DNA of 63,796 bases, filler included, from Thraustochytrium aureum (taxonomy: Eukaryota), in the NCBI GenBank assembly GCA_012862495.1. It is 5 parts of 4 records of this genome, joined end to end, with 100 filler letters (N's around TTAATTAATTAA, not from the genome) between each part and the next. Parts side by side here need not be neighbours in the genome. Positions count along the whole stretch, not along the records: positions 43,294 to 59,298 come from BLSG01000192.1; 4 more parts are not named here. One strand, 5' to 3'. The notes below the pieces were generated by a model. It did not search any database and was not told the origin of the DNA. It saw nothing but the letters and a program-made list of their open reading frames with translations. How positions within the stretch are numbered: the stretch's first letter is position 1; each line of letters begins with the position of its first letter. This document shows positions 44,135 to 55,300 of this stretch, one piece after another. The position numbers were made by a program, and so were the translations under genes.

Positions 44135-46111
44135 ATGGCGGGGACGGATGAGCGAGAGTACTTGTCGCCGATTCAGCTCGGCAGGCTGCTGCCGGTGATA
44201 CCGTCGGTGCTGGCGCTGCTGCGCGAGCACAACCCGATGGCCGCCGACCTCTTCCTGGACGGCGAGGAGGTCGACCGCAAGACAATCAACTACGTGATGA
44301 GCGACCTGCTGAACACGCTCAACTTCAACGGCGACCTGACCATGATGGAACTCCGGTTCAGCTTTGCCAGCTACAAGATCCCCGTCTGGCTCGGCCTCGT
44401 GCGCGAGGTCCTCACCGGGAGCTGGCCGCGCGTGGTCCCCGACCGCGTGGCCAGCGAGCTCCTGGGATCGCTGAACGCGCTGAGCGACGCCCAGTCCCCC
44501 ATCGAGTGCGCCTATGTCCTGGGCCCCTGCTTGGACAGGATCCCGCGCAACCGGTACCGCGTGCTGGCCGAGTTTTGCTCCTTCCTCCGCGACACCTCCT
44601 CGTCGCCAGAAGACATGGCGTGCCTGACAGGCCCCTTTCTGCTCTGCCCAAGCACCACGCTGACTACGCAGGGCACTTCGCTAATCGCGAGCCAGACGGC
44701 CGCCTCGGCGGCAATCATGGACATGCTGATCCAGGAGAGCGAGATGCTCTTTGGGCGGCACGCGGTCAAGACGCCCCTCGGGTACCCGCTGGGCATGCGC
44801 CCCACGCAGACCAAGCCGGACGGCCACCGGCGGTCGCTGAGCGGGCAAATGTTCAAGCGGCTCTCGTTCGGGAAAAAGGCCGCCCACCGCCGCCGGGCCT
44901 CGGGGCTCCGCCAGGCCTGGCGCCCAAGACGGGCCGCAAGGCGCCGCCGCCGCCGCCACGCGCCAAGAACGGCGCCACGAGCGTAGCCGATGGGCGCCCC
45001 GGCCGTCAGCAGCAAGACGATGACGCTACAGGAGAAGCGCAAGCTCGGGCTGCGCGTGTTTTACCAGTGGCGGGACCCGCGCCGCGCGGACCGCGTCGAG
45101 CTGCTCTTCAGCAACTACGACTTTGAGGAGATCGCGCTGGCGATCCAGCGCAAGTACTACATGTTGCCGCCTGGCTGGAAGGAGCAGCTCGAGTACATGC
45201 TCTTCACGGGCAACCGCAACCTGGGCTGGTTTGCGCGCCTCAAGCAGGGCATCCTGCCAGCCCCGGTCGAGCAGGACATGGGCCACATGGGCGGGCCCGA
45301 CTCGGCGCCTCAGGAGGAGACCAAGATCGACAAGATCATCAACGAAATCGCCGACACGGAGCAAAAGTTCAACAAGATGCTCTCTGACCTCATGGGCCTC
45401 TACGTGAACAAGGTCAAGTCCATCGCGGACGGGAGCCAGGGCCAGGCCGCCGCCAAGGCGCTGGGCCTCACGACGCAGCAGGTCGACCACATCTTTGGCC
45501 AGCGCCTGTCCCGCGTCGTGGAGGTCAGCAACTCGCTGCTCAGCGACCTCGAGGTCGTCACCCTGGTGCGCGTCCAGCCAAAGTCGGGCAAGAGCAGGAT
45601 CGAGCTCGTCTCGCGCGTCTTCTTGGAAAACAGCCAGCAGCTCTACGTGTTTAGCCCCTTTGCCTGCGCGCACAAGACAGCGGTCACCTTCCTCCGCCAG
45701 GCGCGCGAGTCGCTTGGCGAGGGGGCCCAGAGCGGCGGCGGCGGCGCTCTGCGCCGCCTCGGCTCGCTGCTTGGGAGCGAGACGCAAAAGAACTACCTGC
45801 AGATCTGGAGCGAGATCTCGCAGCAGAGCGACCTGCTTCGCGGCCAGACGCTCGAGTCGATCCTCATCATGCCCATTCAGCGCGTGCCGCGCTACAGGCT
45901 GCTGCTCGGCGAGCTGCAAAAGGCAACTCCCAAGACGGACTCGTGCTACACGCAGCTGGCCGAGGTGGTTGAGATTATCAAGGGCCTCAACACGGACATT
46001 AACGAGGCTATCCGGGCGCACGAGCGCCTCATGAAAAAATTCGGCGATGAGCTCACGGCCCCCCAAGCCAGTAAAACGGGTAATAAGGGCGGGGTGCGCA
46101 ACGTCTATTGA
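44135..46111 (+). CDS. RhoGAP-like domain - proline-rich linker - RhoGEF (DH) domain protein; two compensating frameshifts (~44878, ~44992)
   Basis: DH domain 'KIINEIADTEQKFNKML...LESILIMPIQRVPRYRLLLGELQKATP...INEAIR'. The upstream helical domain 'LDRIPRNRYRVLAEFCSFL...MACLTGPFLL' resembles the RhoGAP C-terminal helices. A PPPP linker lies in the alternative frame. Confidence 0.7.
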
Positions 46112-46558
46112 TGTTTGGCCTCGCACCACCCCTCGTGTCTTTCGTGTCTCCTGTTCTGCGCGCGCCTGCTCTCGTGTTTTTGCTTTCTTCTTTCTGTGTG
46201 CGCCGTCACGAGCTGGCGCCGTCGCCCGCGATTCCCGCACCTTCGACCAGCTTCTTGTTCTTCTTCAAGTATCGGTGGGGAACTGCAGGGCTCCGGGCCG
46301 ATGTGCTGCTCGCCAGACCTCGTCTGTGGCGTCCCTATGTGCTCTCCTTGTCTGGTTCAGCCGCCACCTCGCGGTTGCAAAGCCCGCTCTCTAGCTAGCA
46401 ATCACGACGAAAACTGGCAAGCGCCTTTTTTAATTAAAAACAGGGCAGGGCTTGTGAAAGTCAAGTTGGGCCTCGCGCTGGCACGCGCCCGGCGGCTGCT
46501 CTCTCACTCGATAATTTGCTCGCGCGCGCCCCGACTTTCTAAAAAAAAGGCTCTTGCG

Positions 46559-47852
46559 TCAGTCTGGCCCTTGCGGATTCTGAGCTGCGCCTGTCTGGTC
46601 TGCAAACGTCTCCTCGCACATCAACAGACTCATGTGGGTATCGTCCTCCAGTTCGCCGAACGCGGTCGACTCAAAGCTGCGCTTGAGCGTGTCAGCGGCG
46701 GGGGCGCCGGGGGCCGTGTCAAGAGCCCCCTTCGCAAGACCCTCGGACGTCCAGTCGGCGGGGCGCGACTGAAAGACGGAGAGCCAGCGTTGAGTCGACA
46801 GCTTTGGCTCCAGGTCAGGGCGCTGTTCGATGGCGACGTCATAGCCAAACGCCTCAAAGTCCTCGTAGTACATCTCGAGCACCATGTCCATGGTGTCCTG
46901 GGTGTAAAACTCGTGCCAGCGCTTGCCGCCTGATGCGCCAGAGGAGAGCCGCCCGTTCGTTGTGGCGAGGCCGCGCAGTGCCGCCAGCACCTTTGCTGGG
47001 AGAAAGGCGTAGTGGTCCTTGTACAAGGGCGAGCCGATCGCCCCGTCGGCCCCGAGGGCGCGCATGTCCTCTTGCCGGATCACGTTGGGCACGTACTGGC
47101 GACCCTTGTGGTGCGTGTACGCGTGCATGGGCAGCACGTGGCAGTACACGTCATGGTCCTCTGTGCTCCCCTTCTCGCGGAACCGCTGCCACTTGGCATA
47201 CCACTCGCGCGTAAAGTGCTCAAAGCTCTCGCACGATCCAAACCGGTTGTAGTGGTAAATCGAGACGAATCGCGAGTAGGGGTTGCGCACGATGGCAAAG
47301 CTATCGTCCATGTCGCGCGGCTGCACCAGGCCGTGCCGCAGCATCCTCTCCGCCGTAAAGTGCATCAGCCACCCCGAGTAGGAGACGCCGTGCAGGTAGT
47401 CGAAAGAGCTTCCGAACTCGCACATCACCCGCCCGAAAACAAACATCATGAACCGGCGCAGCCAGTCGTGCCGCCCCATTTGCGCATTCATCACAAACGT
47501 CGACATGAGGAATGTCAGCAAACCTGTCGCCCACAGGTAGATCGACCCTGGTGGCGGGCACGCCCTGCAGACGCCCCAGTCGGGCCGCAGGGCCCATATC
47601 GCAAACGCAGTCCCCACGGCGAGGACGGCGTACAAGTTCTCAATAGGTCACCACAGGAAAGTTGGCATTTTCCAGCAGCTTGTACCGGTAAAAAAAGTAC
47701 CACAGCCCGCACTTGTGGTAGCACCCCCGTCCGGCGCGGCTCTTGCGCTCGACGTCAAACCGCTTCACCAAGCTCGTGCCACCGCACCTCGGCACGTGCA
47801 CGAACAGCAAGTTGGTCTCCGGCGCCGCGCGGTCCTTCACAAGCCAGGGCAT
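46559..47852 (-). CDS. Sulfotransferase family 2 (carbohydrate sulfotransferase-like); frameshift ~47642
   Basis: 5'-PSB 'LLFVHVPRCGGTS', 3'-PB 'FAIVRNPYSRFVSIY', C-terminal 'W.EFYT..T...V..MYYEDFEAFGY'. Confidence 0.85.
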
Positions 47853-48144
47853 GGTGCCGCCGGATTCCGAAACGCGCAAATCTCACCGGCGAGGCCGCAG
47901 CGCGAGTCGCCAGGCGCCAACCGGGCAGCGGCGGCCAGCAACCCCCCACAGCCAGCAACGCGCCCGCAGCGCGCCCTGCCGCTGACGCGAGAGCGCCGAG
48001 GCCGAAGCGGCTCTGCAACTCCCCTGCTCTCTTCGCTCTCAACTCTTGGCAGGCGGCCATTGAATCTCAAGACTAGAGTCTTGCGGACCGTTGCGGCGGA
48101 TGCCGGTGGCGGGCAGAGAGCAGGCCCTGCGACCTGGGTCGTTT

Positions 48145-48530
48145 GCTCGAGAACGCCATGCAAAGCTCGTGAACGCCATTCAAGCTCATGAATGCATGCC
48201 AGCCGCGCTCGCGTTGACGCCATTCAAGCTCACGAATGCAAACCACGCCCGCATCGAGGCTCGAGAACGCCATTCAGGCTCACGAATGCAAACCACGCTC
48301 GCCCGCGTCGAGGCTCGAGGACGCCATTAAGGCTCACGAATACAAACCACGCTCGCCCGCATCGAGGCTCGAGAACGCCATTCAGGCTCACGAATGCTTG
48401 CTAGCCACGCTCGCTCGCGTCGAGGCTCGAGGACGCCATTCAGGCTCACGAATGCAAACCACGCTCGCTCGCGTCGAGGCTCGAGGACGCCATTCAGGCT
48501 CACGAATGCAAACCACGCTCGCTCGCTTTG
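48145..48530 (+). repeat. ~54-bp minisatellite, ~7 copies, between divergent genes
   Basis: Unit 'acgccattcaggctcacgaatgcaaaccacgctcgc[ct]cgcgtcgaggctcgagg' repeated head-to-tail, degenerate at the 5' end. Confidence 0.92.
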
Positions 48531-48905
48531 CGGCTCAAACGCATTTTGATTGTTGAACAAACGCCTGCCAACCTCGTGTCGAGCGCTCTGCGCACACCAA
48601 GCAGCTCGTGGCTGTGTCCTCAGTGAACGACGAGGGGCCGGCGGGGCGACGAGGTCCCTTCGCGCAGCCGCATGGCCAGCCAGCGCCTCGGAGCAGGCAG
48701 GCCCTCAAGGGGTCAGTCGTGCCAGAACGAGAAAAGGAGACTACTCTGTGCCAACAGATAGTCCCCTTTTTCGTGGCGCAGAAACGACGCCGAGTTGAAG
48801 CAGGACACTCACTACCTACTCCACGGAGCAGGCGCAGCGCAGAGTCTCAGGTCGGCAGCTGGCGTGAGCGATTTTGGTTGACCGAACACGTTGCGAGCAG
48901 AAGCG

Positions 48906-49646
48906 ATGGCGCAAGACGGGCAACACCGCACGGTGTTCTGGGTCCAGGAAGCGAGCGAGAAGGATGGGCTTCTGCGCACGATTGATCAGCGCAAGCTCCC
49001 CGGCAAGCTCGTGTACAAGGACTCGGCGACCGTCGCTGAGGCCGCCCAGTGCATCGCCGATATGGTCGTGCGAGGCGCGCCGGCGATCGGCGCGATGGGC
49101 GGCTTCGCGATGGCGCTCGCCGCGCAAAAGGTGCGCGGCCTCCCGCTCAGCGAGCAGATCCTCGCGCTCAAGCAGGCGAAAGCCGACCTGGACGCGGCGC
49201 GGCCCACAGCGGTCAACCTGAGCTGGGCCACCGAGCGCCTCGTGCAGCTGGCCTGCACCGTGACCGACCAGGAGAAGGTGTTTCCGGCCGTCCTCAAGGA
49301 GGCCCAGGCCCTGGCGGACCAGGACGTTGCCATCAACAAGGCGATGGGCCGCCACGGCGCCGAGGTGGTGCCGCACGGCGCCAACATTCTGCACCATTGC
49401 AACACCGGCGCGCTCGCCACGGTCGACTGGGGCACGGCCATCGGGGTCATCTACGAGTGCCACCGGCAAGGCAAGGGCGTGCACGTGTGGGTGGACGAGA
49501 CGCGGCCGCGGCTCCAGGGCGCGCGCCTCAGCGCCTGGGAGCTCATGCGCGAAGGCGTGCCCATGCACCTCATCGCCGACAACGCCGCGGGCTTGCTCAT
49601 GCTGAACGGCAAGGTTGACATTGTGCTGTACGGCGCGGACCGCGTG

Positions 49647-49678
<32 letters not shown>

Positions 49679-50009
49679 TACCTACAAGCTCTCTGTGGTG
49701 GCTCGCGAGAACGGGATCCCGGTCTACGCCGTGGTGCCCACCTCGACGATCGACCTCAACGTGGCGACGGGCAGCGAGATCCCCATCGAGGAGCGCGGCG
49801 AGGAGGAGATCACCTCGATGGCCGGCGGGGCGCGCATCGCGCCAGAGGGCGTGCAGGTGTACAATCCGGCCTTTGACATCACGCCGCACAGGTATGTGAC
49901 CGGGATCATTACCGAGCAAGGGATCTGCTACCCGCCCTTTTCGCAGAGCCTGCGGGCCGCCAAGGAGCGCGCCGAGGCCCAAATCAAGGCCGCGCAGGCG
50001 AGCGACTAA
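48906..50009 (+). CDS. MRI1: Methylthioribose-1-phosphate isomerase (methionine salvage)
   Basis: 'IDQRKLP', '[10 protein letters not shown]', '[11 protein letters not shown]', '[13 protein letters not shown]', '[12 protein letters not shown]', '[18 protein letters not shown]', 'IPIEER', 'NPAFDITP'. Confidence 0.97.
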
Positions 50010-51382
50010 GTAAGCCAGCCTTCCCTCCCTCCCTCGCTTGGTAGTTTGCTGCAACCGCGAGGCGCAGCCGCTCCGCCGTAGGGAGCTCCTGCCGCCGCCG
50101 CCGCCGCCCGTCATCGCATCGGAAAACAGAAAGCGCGTAAAGCCATTTTTTCTTTCTTCACCAAGAAACCGCAGCCGCCGGCGACGAACAACAGAGTTAC
50201 TTATGTCGGACAACATGAAAAGTGCCAGGCCCGCGGGCCGGGAAACCCCNNNNNNNNNNNNNNNNNNNNNNNNNNNNNNNNNNNNNNNNNNNNNNNNNNN
50301 NNNNNNNNNNNNNNNNNNNNNNNNNNNNNNNNNNNNNNNNNNNNNNNNNNNNNNNNNNNNNNNNNNNNNNNNNNNNNNNNNNNNNNNNNNNNNNNNNNNN
50401 NNNNNNNNNNNNNNNNNNNNNNNNNNNNNNNNNNNNNNNNNNNNNNNNNNNNNNNNNNNNNNNNNNNNNNNNNNNNNNNNNNNNNNNNNNNNNNNNNNNN
50501 NNNNNNNNNNNNNNNNNNNNNNNNNNNNNNNNNNNNNNNNNNNNNNNNNNNNNNNNNNNNNNNNNNNNNNNNNNNNNNNNNNNNNNNNNNNNNNNNNNNN
50601 NNNNNNNNNNNNNNNNNNNNNNNNNNNNNNNNNNNNNNNNNNNNNNNNNNNNNNNNNNNNNNNNNNNNNNNNNNNNNNNNNNNNNNNNNNNNNNNNNNNN
50701 NNNNNNNNNNNNNNNNNNNNNNNNNNNNNNNNNNNNNNNNNNNNNNNNNNNNNNNNNNNNNNNNNNNNNNNNNNNNNNNNNNNNNNNNNNNNNNNNNNNN
50801 NNNNNNNNNNNNNNNNNNNNNNNNNNNNNNNNNNNNNNNNNNNNNNNNNNNNNNNNNNNNNNNNNNNNNNNNNNNNNNNNNNNNNNNNNNNNNNNNNNNN
50901 NNNNNNNNNNNNNNNNNNNNNNNNNNNNNNNNNNNNNNNNNNNNNNNNCAGCTGACGTCATGAACGTCGCAGGCGCCTGACAATGGCGCAATGCCGCCGG
51001 GGAGCCCGGATGACGTCACGCGAGGCGGGGCAGCGGCAGGATGACGCGGTGCCTGGGGATCGCGCCAACAGCGCGGGTCGCGATGGCGCCAACACGCTGG
51101 TGGTTGGGCTTCGATGCGGCAGAGGCTCGCGTGATCGCTCGAGCGAGCGAGCGGGCGATGGCGATGGTGATGATGGTGATGATGGTGCCCCTGCTGATTG
51201 TACGTACTAGTACCTACCTGCTACGCTGCTCGAGTGGAGCACTTGCCGGCCTGGCCTGCTGGCCCTGGCGCAATTGGGCTCGCTACTCCTACTCTACTCT
51301 ACATACAATGTGGGGGTTTGGCGCCGGCGAGGCCAGTCGGCGGCCGCCTGGTGCGCGCGCTGCCGTTGTACTCTAGTCCCCT

Positions 51383-51427
51383 TGATCGATCGATCGATCG
51401 ATCGATCGATGCATGCATGCATGCATA
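51383..51427. repeat. Adjacent (GATC)n and (ATGC)n self-complementary microsatellites
   Basis: Seen directly: about six GATC units followed by about four ATGC units. Confidence 0.9.
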
Positions 51428-52366
51428 CGCTCTGCGCTGGCGCGTTGGGTTGGACGAGCGATTGCGTTGGGGCTGGCTTGGTCGGTCTGTGAAGGGCTGG
51501 CTGGCCTGGAATGCTGTTGACCGGGAGTGAACTCGAGTCTACTCTACTCTGCTCTGCCAAGGAGGATCCTACTTGATTCTTCTGAGAGTCACGCGCGCAA
51601 AGACGCGAGGTGCCATCATGGATGGCATGGCTGCAGCTGAAGGAGCTTGTTGGACGCGCGAGCGAGCTCGAGCAGTTGCCTCCAAGTTGTCCCAAGCACA
51701 ATTGATTGATTGATTTCAAGATTGGTTGATTGATTGACACAGAGATTCAAGTTGATTGATTGCACGCTTTGATGGCCGAGCGAAATGTTGGCGCTTCGCT
51801 GCAGAGCGCCTGGTCGCGGCAGCGGCGGACAACGACGACGTAAGACCCCACAAGGCCCTCTTTCGGCTGCGCGCCTCGGATTTGAATTGATTTCGATCGC
51901 GGGCGGCTCCAGAGGATGCCACGCTTCTGCCTGATCGCGCCTGCGCAAATCGTCCGGATCGCGACATCCAACGGCCAGTGGGCAGGGACGCGACGCGATC
52001 ATCGACACGCACGCAGGTTCGGAGTCCTCTTCGGAGGGGAGCGAGACCAGTTCAGGAACAACTTCGACAGAAGGATAAAATGGGCAGCGAGACACACAAA
52101 GACAAATATCTCGGTGAAAGTGCGCAGGGAGGGGGACCTGCAAGTGGCCCAGCCCGCACCAGTGCTTCTTTCCAAAGCGCGACAGATCATGCTCGGCCAC
52201 ACCGTCGTACTCTACATCATTGCTCGCTGCAGAGATCCGGCCACGTGTGAGCACCAGCAGCCGCAAATCTTGGCGGCCACGTGTGAGCACCAGCAGCCGC
52301 AAATCTTGGCGACCGCTTGCCGCACGCCGCAAACACCGCAAGCGCCGCATTGCGACGGCATGCGCT

Positions 52367-55300
52367 TCAATTGTCGAAAGGACCCCAAAGATGGGTCGCG
52401 CCGCGGCCCTCAAGCAGCTCGCGCACATGCGAGTGGATTGGCCCTCCCGCGCCCAACGCGAGCGCTTCGGCCACTGGGGTGACGTCTGCCCCGGACGCCC
52501 TCCAGCACAGCAACGCAAGCATGAGCGACCGGTACCCGTCCTGGTGAAACGTCAGCCCGCCAGGCCAAAGCGTGCCCCTCTGCAGCACCGCGATTTGCTT
52601 GGCGACCTCGCTCGGCGCGCATGCAGGCCCGCGGTGATTCGCGTTCGCCGCGAGGAAGGCCTCGATAGCGGCNNNNNNNNNNNNNNNNNNNNNNNNNNNN
52701 NNNNNNNNNNNNNNNNNNNNNNNNNNNNNNNNNNNNNNNNNNNNNNNNNNNNNNNNNNNNNNNNNNNNNNNNNNNNNNNNNNNNNNNNNNNNNNNNNNNN
52801 NNNNNNNNNNNNNNNNNNNNNNNNNNNNNNNNNNNNNNNNNNNNNNNNNNNNNNNNNNNNNNNNNNNNNNNNNNNNNNNNNNNNNNNNNNNNNNNNNNNN
52901 NNNNNNNNNNNNNNNNNNNNNNNNNNNNNNNNNNNNNNNNNNNNNNNNNNNNNNNNNNNNNNNNNNNNNNNNNNNNNNNNNNNNNNNNNNNNNNNNNNNN
53001 NNNNNNNNNNNNNNNNNNNNNNNNNNNNNNNNNNNNNNNNNNNNNNNNNNNNNNNNNNNNNNNNNNNNNNNNNNNNNNNNNNNNNNNNNNNNNNNNNNNN
53101 NNNNTGCGGCCCTCCGCTCCAGGGCCACCGAGCTCGGCGAGCAATCGGTTGACAAGCCTGACGGCCCCTAAGCGTACGTCGTCAACCTCATCTTGGGCAA
53201 GCCGGAGCAGCGCAAGCCAGAGACCCACCCGCTCTGCCGCGGTGGCTGCGCTCCCAGCGCCAAGCAAGATGCCGTCCAGCGCGAGGCCGTCGAGGGCAGC
53301 GAGACGGAGCTCTGCAGACCGCTCGGGTAGCGTCGCGTCCAGCACGCGGGCCGATACCTCGGGTACAAGCTTGTCGCTCGGTCGTGTCGCGGCCTGCAGG
53401 GCCATGAGCGCGCGCAGCGCTGGCGCCTTGGCGAGTCCGCTCCGCGCCGCGTCGTATCGCTCGCAGACTCGAACCGCAAGCGCATCCGCATCTGGCGGGA
53501 GCGTTTCGGACTGCAGGACCAAAGCTAGCAGTGCAAGGCGCTCCTGCTCGTCGACCGGGTACTCGTCATCGCAGGCGAGCGTGGCACGCGCCAGCGCCTG
53601 AGAAACCAACGAGCAAAGGCGCCCCCTCGCCTCAAGCTCGTCCTTGCAGTGCTCCCGCAGGCTCCGCATCGCCCAGACGCGATCGCGGGCCCTCCCCTGT
53701 GCCAAGGCCAACGCGGCCAGGGAGTATTCGGAGCCCTCGAGCGCGCATGCAAGCCCAATGACGCGTTCACAGTCCTCGAGCTTGGCAGCTGCATCTCGAA
53801 CAAGAAGGTGCAGCGAGTCGTCCAGGCGCACATCCGGGGCGTGAGCGCGCCGGAGGCGCAGCCAAACCTCCACAACGTCGCAGCATGTGTTCGCCAGCAG
53901 AGCGCAGCTTGGCCGCGTCGCGGCAGCAGCCTCCACGCCGACGCCCAGCGCGCCGAGCAAGGCAGCCTGCAGCTCGACGACAACGTCCGCCACTTGGCCC
54001 GACTCGGCGTCCGCGCCAAGCTCCTCTACAGCCAGGACGATCAACCGGCGGTCGAACACGGCCTTGACGAGCTGCTGCACGGCAAGCAGCGCGCCGTGCA
54101 GCGCATTGTAGCTGAGCGGGCGGGCCGGTGCTGGGAAATCCGCGCCAACAGGCTACGAAGCGAGCCCAAGAGCTGCGCGTTTGGCACGAGCGCCCCAAGA
54201 GCGCGCGCGGCCGTCGTCCGCGTCATTGCCTCCGGCTGGCGGCAGCAGGAGAGCAACAAAGGCACAAACGGCGCGACGTCTTCGTCCGCAGCAGCCCAAG
54301 ATGCCCGCTCGCCTCGCTTTGCTGGGCTCCAAGAAACGCCCTGGCGCTACCCAGCAGAAACTGCGGCTGGAGGCGGGACAAGAGCAGCAACCACGGGTAC
54401 AGACGCGGGTCCCGATGCGCACCAGGTCGGCTCGCCTCTTCGAGGCCCCGCAAGAGCACGCCGCGCACTGCAGCAAAGCGCCGAAAGAAAAACGAGGCGG
54501 CCACACGGTTCCCAACCGAAGAGTCGTTCCCTTGGTGGTGCCCTGCCATCAGGCGCTTGATTGCCTTGGCGAAGATCATCATCGACGAGTTGCGCTGCTG
54601 CCAGTGCGCCGACGCGAAACCCTCCATGGAGAGAATGAGGATTTCGCTCATCGCAGCCCCTTCAAGGTCATTTGCAAGGGTGGCGTCCTCCACGATGGCC
54701 TTGAGAATGTTGAGCGAGTGGACCCGCGTCCCGAGAGAGACCTGCTCGCCAGTTGCGAGCTCGATCAGCCGATGCGTCATTTGCGCGAGGAGGACTGACT
54801 TGAAGGTTCGCGGCTCCGATCGAGCCAGGGCCAAGAACGAACCGGCAAACCCGGCCGACTTGCGCAGCACAAAGCCCTGCGTCCCTGCTTCTAGCCGCTC
54901 CAAAAGCTGGTCCAGCCAGCTACGCGGCAGCTCGAGCAGGTGGCGCACTGTTCGAGGCGCGCCGCCAACAACCGCGGGCTCGACCGGCCCGGCGCTTGAC
55001 GTCTTTACACGCCCGCGTTTGAGTCCCAAGAGCCGCGAGCAAACGCCTTGGAACGCCATGGTGGCGTATCCGACCGCGCCAACATGCTTGAGGGAGCCCA
55101 ACACTTGCAGCAGCCAGTTGCCGATCCGCGTGACGTCCTCGAACGAGAGGACCCAGGCATCGCCGTCGCCGCGAAGCGCCTCGTCGGCCCCAGGGGCGAC
55201 TTGTAGAGGCGAGGACTCAACTAGGGCCTGCAGGAGCTCGCTCCCATCGCGAACAAGGAGCCAGCTGCTCATCACCACCTTGCGATTGGACGCCCCGCCG

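Noticed and set aside
48145..48530. CRISPR-like array
   Set aside because: Units are contiguous near-identical repeats with no unique spacers. The context is eukaryotic with no cas genes.
51616..52330. Possible ORF with a duplicated 33-bp unit (GRQDLRLLVLTR)
   Set aside because: No recognisable domain, overlaps the THADA 3' region, and coding signal is unconvincing.
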